A stretch of 64,000 bases of DNA. Origin: Nitrospirota bacterium (lineage in GTDB: Bacteria; Nitrospirota; Thermodesulfovibrionia; Thermodesulfovibrionales; Dissulfurispiraceae). The DNA is taken from contig JBFMCP010000002.1 in assembly GCA_040754455.1 (NCBI GenBank), forward strand, positions 160,001 through 224,000, written 5' to 3'. Under the pieces are notes generated by a model. The model was not told where the DNA came from. It made no database searches and saw only the letters and a program-made list of their open reading frames with translations. Both the position numbers and the translations under genes were made by a program. How positions within the stretch are numbered: the stretch's first letter is position 1; each line of letters begins with the position of its first letter. Shown here piece by piece: positions 51,848 to 61,704 of the stretch.

Positions 51848-53437
51848 ATGGCCTACTTACTCCATCACTTGTTATCCGAAAGTGCAGCGAAATACCCGGA
51901 CAAAGAGGCAATCGTCTGGAAAGACGAGAAAATGACCTATGCCGAATTGGAGCGGGAGAGCAACAAATTGGCGTATAGCCTTTCGGAAATCGGGATAAAA
52001 AGAGGAGACCGGGTCGGCATTTACATGGAGCGGTCTATAACTTTAATGGTAGGGATTTTCGGGATCATGAAGACAGGAGCGATGTATGTTCCCATAGATC
52101 CCCTCTGTCCACCGGGCCGCCTCAGCTACATTGTGAACAAATGCGAAATAAAATTCTTACTCGTTTTAAAAGAAAAGCTGACAACTATAACGCAAGCGCT
52201 TCCTGCATACTCTCCCTTGAAAACCATTCTGGTTATGAATGGCCTGGATTCTGAGTCCGGACCGTTCGGATCTGCGAAATTGATCGATTGGCAAGAGATT
52301 CGCGGGGCCGCAAGAGAAGAAGCTCCATGCACGAATACGATCGATTCGGATGTTGCGTATATCCTGTTTACTTCCGGCTCGACAGGTACTCCCAAGGGAG
52401 TTATGCTGTCGCACCTGAACGCTTTGACGTTTATAAATTCGGCACACGACTTTTTCCGTATAACAATGCATGATCGGTTCTCCAACGTCTGTCCCCTGCA
52501 CTTCGATATGTCCGTCTTCGACCTTTTCGTTGCATTCAAGGCAGGAGCTACTGTGGTCATCATCCCCGAGACCGCCGCCATGTTCCCGGTAAAATTGGTC
52601 GAAGTCATTGCGAAGAACAAGATATCGGTATGGAATTCGGTGCCCTCGGTACTTGCGCTTCTGGCTTCATATAAGAATTTGGAGAGCCACGATCTGTCAA
52701 GCCTGCGCCTGGTTCTTTTCGCTGGCGAGCTGTTTCCCCTGAAATATCTGCAGCGGCTCCGGGAGGCAGTTCCGGGAGCACGGTTTTGCAACATGTACGG
52801 GCAGACCGAAGCCAATTCTTCGACGTATTATTGGGTTGACCAACTTCCCGCAGATGCGACGGCACCGCTTCCCATCGGCAGGCCGCTGCCGAACTTCGAA
52901 GTGTTCGCCATGGACGCTGGCGGCAGACAGGTTACCGAACCCGGACAGGAAGGCGAGCTCTATGTGAGGGCGTCCACTGTTGCGCTCGGATATTGGGGTG
53001 AAGTTGAGAAAACAAAAAAGTCTTTTGTGAAAAACCCACTGAGACCCGACCTGAATGAAAGGGTCTACAAGACCGGTGATTTGGTTCGCTTGGACGCCGA
53101 TCGGAATTATGTATTCCTGGGCCGGAAGGACCACATGATAAAGAGCCGGGGGTACAGGATCGAGATCGGAGAGATAGAAACGGTTTTGTGCAACCACCCG
53201 GAAATCCGGAACGCCGTCGTTATCCCCATTCCGGACGAGCTCATAGGGAACAGGATTTCGGTGATCGTCGTTCCAATGACACCGGGCGGAATCACGAGGG
53301 ACGACGTTGTGAAATATTGCAGTGCACAACTTCCGAAATACATGGTCCCTGAGATTGTTACGTTCCGTGATGCCCTGCCCGCAACTTCATCGGGAAAGGT
53401 CGATAGAAAAAAAATGAGTGCACCTGTAGTTGCCTAG
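51848..53437 (+). CDS. Stand-alone amino-acid adenylation enzyme (NRPS A domain)
   Basis: YILFTSGSTGTPKGV, FDMSVFD, NMYGQTE, YKTGDL, IKSRGYRIEIGEIE, LPKYMVP, GKVDRK. Confidence 0.92.
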   Translation: MAYLLHHLLSESAAKYPDKEAIVWKDEKMTYAELERESNKLAYSLSEIGIKRGDRVGIYMERSITLMVGIFGIMKTGAMYVPIDPLCPPGRLSYIVNKCEIKFLLVLKEKLTTITQALPAYSPLKTILVMNGLDSESGPFGSAKLIDWQEIRGAAREEAPCTNTIDSDVAYILFTSGSTGTPKGVMLSHLNALTFINSAHDFFRITMHDRFSNVCPLHFDMSVFDLFVAFKAGATVVIIPETAAMFPVKLVEVIAKNKISVWNSVPSVLALLASYKNLESHDLSSLRLVLFAGELFPLKYLQRLREAVPGARFCNMYGQTEANSSTYYWVDQLPADATAPLPIGRPLPNFEVFAMDAGGRQVTEPGQEGELYVRASTVALGYWGEVEKTKKSFVKNPLRPDLNERVYKTGDLVRLDADRNYVFLGRKDHMIKSRGYRIEIGEIETVLCNHPEIRNAVVIPIPDELIGNRISVIVVPMTPGGITRDDVVKYCSAQLPKYMVPEIVTFRDALPATSSGKVDRKKMSAPVVA

Positions 53438-53451
53438 AAGGGGCTGAGTCC

Positions 53452-54624
53452 ATGCAAAAGCTTATCAAAAACAGTTGGCGTCGCGAATCCGGAAAGCCGT
53501 TCGCTCAATCTAATATCCTGAGCCATGAAATTCACCCCGAAGGGCTGGATGTCGATAGAATCAGATTCTTCGAGGTGGGGGGCTTCGTACCGAAACCGGG
53601 TACGGGGCACATCATCAGTGTCCTTCGGGGGCGCGGGAGGCTTCATGTAGAGGGAGACGACAGACAATCCTTTCAGATAGAGGCGGGTGTCCACCTCTAT
53701 CTCCCGCCCGGCCTGGAGAGTGTTGTTGACGCGGAACCGGGGACCGAACTCCTGCACGTATCGAGTGCATCGGCCGCACAGGCGCGCGGCACGCAGCTGC
53801 TGCTGCGTGACGAAACGTTTCTTGCGGCCTGTGCATCCGGATCTCAGTTGCTTCGGTGGATTATTACACCCCAGTACCTGAGTCGCCGGATCTTTCTGCA
53901 CCACGACCCAACCATCCTTTCGAAGTCAGGGAATCCTGTTTCGTGGTTTCGGACCACGATGTTCGACGTTGCCGGACTTCCTGAAAACGAGGACGGTGAG
54001 CCGGTGTTCAAGATGTCCTACAATTCACGAACTGAGTTCAATGTCTGCTACGATGTGAAAGGGACTGCCCGCGTGCGTATGGCGCAGCACCCTTACAAAG
54101 AGAAGCGGCAGCTCTGGGGTCCGTGGTTCATGCTTGATGGCGACTCGACCTATCACTTAAACGAGACGGCCGGGAGTCCTGAAGAAGAGTGCCGCATCGA
54201 CGAGCTGACCGGGACCACGCAATTCCTTCGCAATAAACACGAGGTGTCGATCGTCGGCGGGTATGTGACGCTCTTTTGTCTGTTTGATCCGGCACCTACC
54301 GGCGCAGAATGCCACCGGCCCGGCGAGTACAGCGACTACGAGCCCCTGGCACAGGTGCTCGGAACAGAGGCGTACGAAACCCTCCGGCGTGAGTTCGTGA
54401 AGTACGATGAAATGGTGGATCGGCTCTCTCTGGCTAAAGCGACGGGCACACTGAGCACGCTCTACGGAACTCCAAGCTGGGAACTGTACGTACAAGGCCG
54501 GGAGGCCCAGGCGGCTATCGAAGCCCGGCTTGAAAGGACACTTTCTGTTGAGGGCAACGGCCGCTTGCGAATCCTCGCGCCCTGGATGCAGACCGTCGCT
54601 GCTTGCTGCGCGGTAACAGCCTGA
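53452..54624 (+). CDS. Hypothetical protein, possibly cupin-fold
   Basis: Long ORF in operon orientation; HIISVLRGRGRL...AGVHLYLPPG looks cupin-like. Confidence 0.55.
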   Translation: MQKLIKNSWRRESGKPFAQSNILSHEIHPEGLDVDRIRFFEVGGFVPKPGTGHIISVLRGRGRLHVEGDDRQSFQIEAGVHLYLPPGLESVVDAEPGTELLHVSSASAAQARGTQLLLRDETFLAACASGSQLLRWIITPQYLSRRIFLHHDPTILSKSGNPVSWFRTTMFDVAGLPENEDGEPVFKMSYNSRTEFNVCYDVKGTARVRMAQHPYKEKRQLWGPWFMLDGDSTYHLNETAGSPEEECRIDELTGTTQFLRNKHEVSIVGGYVTLFCLFDPAPTGAECHRPGEYSDYEPLAQVLGTEAYETLRREFVKYDEMVDRLSLAKATGTLSTLYGTPSWELYVQGREAQAAIEARLERTLSVEGNGRLRILAPWMQTVAACCAVTA

Positions 54625-54680
54625 ATGAAGAGAACCTATTTTTTAATCGAAGACGTATTCGGTCTCGAAGATGCACCTAT

Positions 54681-55658
54681 ATGAAAAATATTCTGGTTTC
54701 GGGCGCCAGTAGTATCCTCGGGTACGGCATTCTGCGTTCCCTCAGGAAAGCCGGGAAAAATGTAAGGCTTATTGGGACGACAATATATGCTGATTCGGTG
54801 GCCCAATATTTTTGCGATGTTTTCGAGAAGGCGCCACTGACTAATGATCCCGGCTATATTGACTGGCTCCTTAAAACTATTGCTAAGCATCATGTGGATC
54901 TTATCATCCCCGGCATAGAAGTGGATGTGTACAAATGGGTTGAACACCTTCCCGCTCTGGAAAAAAACGGCGTTAAGGCTCTGTTGAACAATCGGGATTT
55001 GATTTTGTTGTGCAAGGATAAATGGTCGTTCCATGAAAAATTAACCGAGATGAACACACCTTATGTAATCGATACGTCGCTGAAATCTGATTTTGATGCA
55101 TTGGTGGATAAATTCGGTTTGCCTTTTCTTTTAAAGCCGCGCCGGGGATTCGGTTCGAAAGGTATTGTCATCATAGATAGTAATGAAACTTTTTCAAAGC
55201 ATCAGCACGCCATCGGGCCCCTCCTGATGGCGCAGCCTCTCATTGGAAATGAAGATGAAGAATTCACAACATCGGCCTTTTGCGACGGCCACGGGAGCTA
55301 TTTCGCAAGTATGACCCTGAAGAGAAGACTCTCGAAAAGTGGTTTTACTGAAAAAGCGGAAGTCGTCACTATGGATGAAATACAGAGGGCATTAGTGATG
55401 CTGTGTGCATATTTTAAACCGATAGGACCTACTAATTTTCAATTCAGAAAGCATGACGGAGCTCTGAAGCTGTTGGAGATCAATCCGAGGATTTCTTCTT
55501 CTACATCGATCAGGACGGCGTTTGGATACAATGAATGCAACATGGCACTTGAATATTATCTGGAGGGCAAAAAACCAACGCAGCCTCTGATACAAAAGGG
55601 AAGGGCGGTCCGTTATATCGAGGATCTCATTTTTTATGAAAATAGGAATCATCTCTGA
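54681..55658 (+). CDS. ATP-grasp domain protein
   Basis: DKW, PFLLKPRRGFGSKG, EFT, NFQF, LEINPR; ATG at 54681 preferred. Confidence 0.85.
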   Translation: MKNILVSGASSILGYGILRSLRKAGKNVRLIGTTIYADSVAQYFCDVFEKAPLTNDPGYIDWLLKTIAKHHVDLIIPGIEVDVYKWVEHLPALEKNGVKALLNNRDLILLCKDKWSFHEKLTEMNTPYVIDTSLKSDFDALVDKFGLPFLLKPRRGFGSKGIVIIDSNETFSKHQHAIGPLLMAQPLIGNEDEEFTTSAFCDGHGSYFASMTLKRRLSKSGFTEKAEVVTMDEIQRALVMLCAYFKPIGPTNFQFRKHDGALKLLEINPRISSSTSIRTAFGYNECNMALEYYLEGKKPTQPLIQKGRAVRYIEDLIFYENRNHL

Positions 55659-56304
55659 TATCCACGGTAATTATGAAGCTTTAAAGGCGGTTCTTACAGA
55701 GTTGGACAGGTTGGGCATCTCTGAAATCTACTGTCTCGGCGATGTCGTCGGATACTATTCTCAAGTCAATGAATGTTGTGATGAACTGAGATCACGACGC
55801 GTCGTCTGCGTGATGGGGAATCATGACTGGTATATGGCCGCCGGTAGTTGTTGTCCGAGATCCAAAAGCGTTAATGAATGTCTCGCTTATCAGAGAGAAG
55901 TAATAACTGCGGGGAATGTACATTGGTTAAGCAACTTCCCCGTCCATATCCGGATTGACAATATGCATTTGCTCCATGGAGGCTGGTCGGATCCGATAGA
56001 CGAGTATGTGCGGCCGACTGAAGAATATTTTTCGCGGTTGAGCGGAGACATATTTGTATCCGGGCATACCCATGTGCAAACGTTGTGTACATATAATGAA
56101 AAGACGTATTGCAATCCGGGTTCCGTAGGGCAGCCGCGTGACAGTGATCCGAGGGCCGCTTTTGCCGTTTATGACGGAGAGTTTTCACTGCACCGTGTGG
56201 ACTATGATGTGCAGAAAGTCTTTGAACTCATGCAGAAGGCAGGATTCAGCGACTATTATTACGGTTGTTTAAAAACAGGAGCTAGAAATCTTTGCAGACT
56301 CTGA
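55636..56304 (+). CDS. Metallophosphoesterase
   Basis: SDIHGN, LGDVVGY, GNHD, GHTH, NPGSVGQPRD. Confidence 0.9.
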   Translation: MKIGIISDIHGNYEALKAVLTELDRLGISEIYCLGDVVGYYSQVNECCDELRSRRVVCVMGNHDWYMAAGSCCPRSKSVNECLAYQREVITAGNVHWLSNFPVHIRIDNMHLLHGGWSDPIDEYVRPTEEYFSRLSGDIFVSGHTHVQTLCTYNEKTYCNPGSVGQPRDSDPRAAFAVYDGEFSLHRVDYDVQKVFELMQKAGFSDYYYGCLKTGARNLCRL

Positions 56305-56468
56305 GTTAACACGAAACCGCTCATAATCGGGAGGTGCGGCATCCGGCTGCCGGAAAATAGGTTGTGGCCTTCCTGGTCGCAGGTTCCTCGCGGCCTCGCC
56401 GCGGGGGAATTCTCGAAGCGCCCGATCCGAACATTACTGCTCTCCGTTTCTGACGTCATCAACGTGAA

Positions 56469-57434
56469 ATGCACTGCAGGGAAATAAACGAAGCGACCAT
56501 AGGCTATGCTCATCCACGCTATGCCGATTCTCTGCGCGAATTCGGTGAGCCACGTGAGTTGCCGCGCTGTGGCGGTTGGATTCTCGTGCGGCCGATTCCC
56601 AGTACGCCGTATAAGGACGCCATGGGGTGTTACCCCTTGTTTTCCTGCCGGGACTGGAGGAAGCTCCACGAAGATATGGAACAGATCAGTTCCGATCTCG
56701 TATCACTAACCCTTGTTCCTGATCCGCTCCTCGGAGTCGACCCCGATTATCTGGTACAAAATTTTGATCTCGTCAAACCATTCAAGACGCATTACGTGGT
56801 CGATCTAAGTCAACCCTTAGAGAAGTTCGTCGGTAAGACGCATCGTAAAAACGCACGTAAAGCACTCGAGGCAATGGATGTTGAGATCTGCAGTCAACCG
56901 ATACAATATCTTGACGACTGGGTAAGGTTGTATGACAACTTGATTAAAAAGCACGATATCAAAGGAATCAGCGCTTTCTCTCCTCAATGCTTTGAGTCTC
57001 AACTTAATGTGCCGGGAATGACCGCCTTCATCGGCAGGCGGGAGGGAGAGATCGTCGGGGCGACGCTGGTCCTGAGGAGCGATCAAACAGCCTATTTTCA
57101 TTTATCCGCCTATACCACGGAAGGGTACAAGATACGGGCTTCGTACGGAACTCACTGGAAGGCGCTTGTCTGCGGATACGAACAGGGCATCCGGTACTTT
57201 CACCTCGGTGGAATCGCTGGCACAAAAGAAGACCCGAAAAACGGCTTGGCCGAATTCAAAAGAGGGTGGTCCAACGATCAGCGCATAGTCTATTTTTGCG
57301 GACGTGTGTTCGACAGGGAAAAGTACGAATCTCTTTGTCAGAGAAGGCATGGCTATTTCCCCGGCTATAGGAGAGGAGAACTGCGTGCTCACGATTTCTA
57401 TAGCCACGATCGGACTATTATGACAGCGCAGTAA
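56469..57434 (+). CDS. GNAT/FemAB-like acyltransferase; start uncertain
   Basis: DAMGCYPLF, HRKNARKA, YFHLSAY, GLAEFKRGW. Confidence 0.7.
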   Translation: MHCREINEATIGYAHPRYADSLREFGEPRELPRCGGWILVRPIPSTPYKDAMGCYPLFSCRDWRKLHEDMEQISSDLVSLTLVPDPLLGVDPDYLVQNFDLVKPFKTHYVVDLSQPLEKFVGKTHRKNARKALEAMDVEICSQPIQYLDDWVRLYDNLIKKHDIKGISAFSPQCFESQLNVPGMTAFIGRREGEIVGATLVLRSDQTAYFHLSAYTTEGYKIRASYGTHWKALVCGYEQGIRYFHLGGIAGTKEDPKNGLAEFKRGWSNDQRIVYFCGRVFDREKYESLCQRRHGYFPGYRRGELRAHDFYSHDRTIMTAQ

Positions 57435-57545
57435 TTAAGGCGGTTTCTGGAGCACAAACCTCTTTGACGCAAACATTTTGTTTTGTGGATACAAGGCCTG
57501 AAGTGAGACAACTATGATGCTCCGGATGCATGGAGTAACCAAAAG

Positions 57546-58247
57546 GTGAGGGTTTTGGTCTTATTCGGCGTTGGTAACATGCTCAGCGATATCTATGACT
57601 GTGTCACGGTGCTGGGGAAAGAGGTCACCAGGATTGTCATAAACGCACCGGAGCAGAGGCGCGAGCGGACAAAAGACTTCGAAACAAGGCTCCGGGAACT
57701 CGGTGAGCGGCCACTGATCACGCCACTGAAAGATTTTGCTCCTGAAGAAGGCGAAGAGTACTTCGTCGTGCCGACGACGCTTAAAAAAAACGTTCTTATC
57801 GAGTTCCTCAAAAGCAGATACCGCATGCGGTTTGCGCAGCTCATTCATCCTACGGCATACATTTCTCCCTATGCAAAGATCGGACAGGGCGTTTTCATCG
57901 GCGCAAGGAGTGTGATCGGACCGGGATCTGTTCTTAAAGACCACGTCTTCGTGAACCGCGGGGTGACTGTGGGGCACGATACTGTCCTCCATGAATACGT
58001 TCGATTGAATCCCGGCAGCAATGTTGCAGGCCATGTCGAGATATGTGCCGGTGCGATGATCGGTCTGGGCGCCAGCGTTATCGAGGAGCTTGTTGTCGGA
58101 AGGGAGGCCGTCGTTGCAGCAGGCGCGGTGGTGATCAAAGACGTACAGGAAAGGACCATGGTAGCCGGCGTCCCGGCGGTTGTCAAGAAAGTGTTTGAGA
58201 ACGAGACCGGCCGCAGCGCCGTGGACGGCTCGAAAGTGGAGAAATGA
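57546..58247 (+). CDS. Sugar acyltransferase (NeuD/PglD-like)
   Basis: LIHPTA, VGHD, hexapeptide repeats, GAVV..DV, GVPA. Confidence 0.85.
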   Translation: MRVLVLFGVGNMLSDIYDCVTVLGKEVTRIVINAPEQRRERTKDFETRLRELGERPLITPLKDFAPEEGEEYFVVPTTLKKNVLIEFLKSRYRMRFAQLIHPTAYISPYAKIGQGVFIGARSVIGPGSVLKDHVFVNRGVTVGHDTVLHEYVRLNPGSNVAGHVEICAGAMIGLGASVIEELVVGREAVVAAGAVVIKDVQERTMVAGVPAVVKKVFENETGRSAVDGSKVEK

Positions 58248-59204
58248 ATGAATAACAAGCTCATCATCAATTTTGCACCGACCGGCATGATCCCGACCAA
58301 GCAGATGACGCCGTATGTACCGATCAGTGTTTCCGAGATTGTCGAAGACGTTCACGAAGCCTGTGAACTCGGCATCTCGATGGTTCACCTGCATGCCAGA
58401 GACCCCCTCTCAGGCAAGCCAACGTACAAGGCGGAAATTTACGGCAGGATTATCGATGGAATCCGCAAGTATGCACCGGATTTGATTGTTTGCGTCTCAT
58501 TGAGCGGCCGGGATTTTGGAGAGTTTGAAAAAAGGGCGGAACCATTGGAGTTGGATGGAAGCCTGAAGCCGGATATGGGAAGCCTGACCTTGAGCTCGGT
58601 CAACTTCAACAAACAGGCATCAGTGAACGAACCGGGCATGATACAGGCACTGGCCTTACGGATGAAAGAGCGAGGCATCATCCCTGAGCTCGAAGCGTTC
58701 GACATCGGCATGATCAATTACGCGCGCTATCTGGAAAAGAAAGATTTGATATCACCGCCGTATTATTTCAATCTCTTGCTGGGCAATATCTCCTGTGCGC
58801 AGGCCGACCTCCTGCATGCCGGCATTATGATCAGGGATCTGCCCGAAAGGTCGTTATGGAGCCTGGCCGGTATAGGAGACAGTCAATTGCCCATGAACAG
58901 TGTAGCCATCGCCATGGGCGGAGGAGTCCGTGTCGGTCTTGAAGATACGATCTTCTTCGACGGTCGAAGAGACAGGTTGGCGCGCAATATCGATTTATTG
59001 AAGCGCGTTCATAACATTGCGAATGACCATGAGCGGCCGATTATGCCGGCACAGGAATTACGGCGGCTCTTAGATTTGAAGGATGGATACGGCCGGTACG
59101 GCCGGAAAATGGAATCAACGGATTCTGGTTACAAACCGGCCCAGAAAGTATATGGGCGAACAGCCCATCTGAAGAGAGTGGCTTTGCAGCGGCAGCTGCA
59201 CTGA
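58248..59204 (+). CDS. Beta-keto acid cleavage enzyme family (Kce/BKACE, DUF849)
   Basis: APTG, VHLHARD, PDMGSL, PELEAFD, VRVGLED. Confidence 0.88.
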   Translation: MNNKLIINFAPTGMIPTKQMTPYVPISVSEIVEDVHEACELGISMVHLHARDPLSGKPTYKAEIYGRIIDGIRKYAPDLIVCVSLSGRDFGEFEKRAEPLELDGSLKPDMGSLTLSSVNFNKQASVNEPGMIQALALRMKERGIIPELEAFDIGMINYARYLEKKDLISPPYYFNLLLGNISCAQADLLHAGIMIRDLPERSLWSLAGIGDSQLPMNSVAIAMGGGVRVGLEDTIFFDGRRDRLARNIDLLKRVHNIANDHERPIMPAQELRRLLDLKDGYGRYGRKMESTDSGYKPAQKVYGRTAHLKRVALQRQLH

Positions 59205-59216
59205 ACGGCAGATACT

Positions 59217-60683
59217 ATGGCGAACAGTCTTCAGCATACAACAGTTTACGCACTCTTATGGAGCTTTCTCGATGCTGTTGCACAGCGGGGTGTGCAATTC
59301 ATCATCAGCATTGTTTTGGCGCGGCTGCTGTTCCCCGAGCAGTTCGGATTGATCGGGATGCTGACGATCTTTATGGCTGTCACGCGGACGTTTCTCGACA
59401 GCGGATTTGGCGCAGCCCTGATTCAGAAACAGGAGGTCACGCAAACCGACATCTGCTCTATTTTTTATTTCAATATAGCGGTAGGACTCGCGGCTGCCGG
59501 CCTCTTGAGTCTTGCTGCTCCCTGGATCGCCGCTTTCTACAGGCAACCTATCCTCACGCCGCTGACGCGGGCGCTGTCGCTGACCATCGTGATCAATTCA
59601 TTCGGCATGATTCAGAAAACAGTCCTAACCAAACACATCAATTTCAAAGTCCAGACGAAAGTGAGCCTCATTGCCGGTGTGCTGTCGGGTGCAGCCGGCA
59701 TTACGCTGGCCGCCCATGGCTTCGGCGTGTGGAGTTTGGTTGTCCAGCAAATATCCGCTTCGCTTTTCGCAACCGTTAGTCTCTGGGCGTTCAGTTCATG
59801 GAGACCGGCGCTGATCTTCAGCTTCACGGCATTGAGGGAAATGTTCGGGTTCGGGTCGCGGCTATTGGCTTCGAGTGTCCTTAACCAATTTTTTGATAAC
59901 ATCTATTTTGTAGTTATCGGCAAGCTGTTTTCAGCGACCGATTTGGGATTTTTCACGCGCGCCAAAACGATGAATGACCTGCCTTCACAAACATTGTCGG
60001 GAATCGTCGCACGGGTAACGTTCCCCGTGTTTTCTACTATCCAGGGCGATCGTGCCCGATTGAAAAGAGGGTTGAAAAAGGCCTTGGCTATTCTGGTTCT
60101 GGTGAATTTCCCGCTGATGATCGGCCTCGCGGTTATCGCCCGTCCATTGGTGCTGGCACTGTTGACGGAAAAGTGGGCTGCATGCGTTCCATATTTCCAG
60201 TTGCTCTGTGTGGTCGGCATGCTGTTTCCGTTGCAGGCGATGAACTTGAACGTATTGCAGGCCCTAGGACGGTCCGACCTGTTTTTGCGTCTGGAGATCA
60301 TAAAAAAGATTATGATCGTGATCAACATTGCGGTCACCTGGCGATGGGGGATATCCGCGATGATCTACGGCATGATCATCAACTCGGTAATATCCTACTA
60401 TTTAAACAGTTATTACAACGGCGTACTGGTCGATTACCCGCTCAGAGAGCAGGTGCTTGACCTGCTCCCGTATCTCATTGTGGCCATTGTGATGGGTAGT
60501 GCGGTATATGCCGCCGGGTTGCCGCAGTTCCTTACCCATTGGTCCAGACTTCTGGTACAAATCACGGCGGGATGTGTTCTCTATGTCGGTCTGTGCCGCA
60601 TGCTTCGCCTGAAGGCTTTTATGGAGATCTGGCAGGCAATGTGGAATAGAATGCCATTGACGAGCGCCGGAACCGCACGATAA
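59217..60683 (+). CDS. wzx: Polysaccharide flippase (Wzx/WzxC-like)
   Basis: LARLLFPEQFGL, DSGFGAALIQK, multi-TM, FPVFS, GRSDLFL. Confidence 0.88.
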   Translation: MANSLQHTTVYALLWSFLDAVAQRGVQFIISIVLARLLFPEQFGLIGMLTIFMAVTRTFLDSGFGAALIQKQEVTQTDICSIFYFNIAVGLAAAGLLSLAAPWIAAFYRQPILTPLTRALSLTIVINSFGMIQKTVLTKHINFKVQTKVSLIAGVLSGAAGITLAAHGFGVWSLVVQQISASLFATVSLWAFSSWRPALIFSFTALREMFGFGSRLLASSVLNQFFDNIYFVVIGKLFSATDLGFFTRAKTMNDLPSQTLSGIVARVTFPVFSTIQGDRARLKRGLKKALAILVLVNFPLMIGLAVIARPLVLALLTEKWAACVPYFQLLCVVGMLFPLQAMNLNVLQALGRSDLFLRLEIIKKIMIVINIAVTWRWGISAMIYGMIINSVISYYLNSYYNGVLVDYPLREQVLDLLPYLIVAIVMGSAVYAAGLPQFLTHWSRLLVQITAGCVLYVGLCRMLRLKAFMEIWQAMWNRMPLTSAGTAR

Positions 60684-60690
60684 ACAGTGT

Positions 60691-61704
60691 GTGCCGCAGG
60701 AACTTCTTGAGATGACCGAGCCTCTGGTAAGCGTCAAGATGATCACCTACAACCATGCGCCTTTTATTACACAGGCGATCGAGGGTGTGTTGCAACAGAA
60801 AACGGACTTTCCCTTCGAGCTGGTCATCGGAGAGGACTGCTCGACGGACGGCACACGTGAGATTGTTTTTGAATACCAAAAAAAGTACCCGGATATCATT
60901 CGGGTGATCACATCGGATAAAAATGTCGGAATGAAGAAAAACGGCTTGCGGACTGTAAAAGCCTGCACGGGAACGTACATCGCCTTTTGCGAGGGCGACG
61001 ATTACTGGCATCACCCCGGCAAATTGCAGAAGCAGGTGGACTACCTTGAGCGCCACCCAGAATGCGGGCTGGTCTTTACTGATTACGATTTCTATTATGA
61101 CAGTTCAAGGCAATTAGTTAGAAGCGTTAATTGCAGCAAAGGGCTCCAATCTCCTGAGAGTGTAACTATCGAACAAATTATAAGGGGAAAAGGGCCGATC
61201 ATACGGACTTGTACTGTTATGATGAGGAGAGAATTACTTGAACAGGTAGTCGAAGGAGACCCTTATCTGCATCAGAATGAGAAGTTCTTGATGGGTGATA
61301 CGCAGCTTTTTGCAGAGCTAGCATTAATATCAGATGTCTCATATTACCCGGAAAGTTTGGCGACGTATCGCATCCATGGCGAATCCGCCACGAGAAGTAA
61401 AGATCCGAAAAAGGAAGCGCGGTTTTGGAGTTCGGCATGTGAAATGAGATTGTATTTGTGTGATAAACATAACCTCTCAGAACATATCCGGAGAAAAGCA
61501 GAATGGGATTGGTGCAATAGCTCTCTGCGACTGGCGTTTCATTCCGGTAATGCAGAATTGGCGGATGAGGTGCGGAGAAGGAAAAAGACTTTTACGGGTA
61601 AAGAATGGCTTCAATATTACGGCGCCAAGAATCCGGTGCTGGGATATCCTCTTCGCCTTGCGGCTTCATTCAGCAACGCAGTGGGAAAATACATAGTCAG
61701 ATGA
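60691..61704 (+). CDS. Glycosyltransferase family 2
   Basis: PLVSV.MITYNH, IGEDCSTDGT, CEGDDYW, KLQKQV. Confidence 0.9.
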   Translation: MPQELLEMTEPLVSVKMITYNHAPFITQAIEGVLQQKTDFPFELVIGEDCSTDGTREIVFEYQKKYPDIIRVITSDKNVGMKKNGLRTVKACTGTYIAFCEGDDYWHHPGKLQKQVDYLERHPECGLVFTDYDFYYDSSRQLVRSVNCSKGLQSPESVTIEQIIRGKGPIIRTCTVMMRRELLEQVVEGDPYLHQNEKFLMGDTQLFAELALISDVSYYPESLATYRIHGESATRSKDPKKEARFWSSACEMRLYLCDKHNLSEHIRRKAEWDWCNSSLRLAFHSGNAELADEVRRRKKTFTGKEWLQYYGAKNPVLGYPLRLAASFSNAVGKYIVR

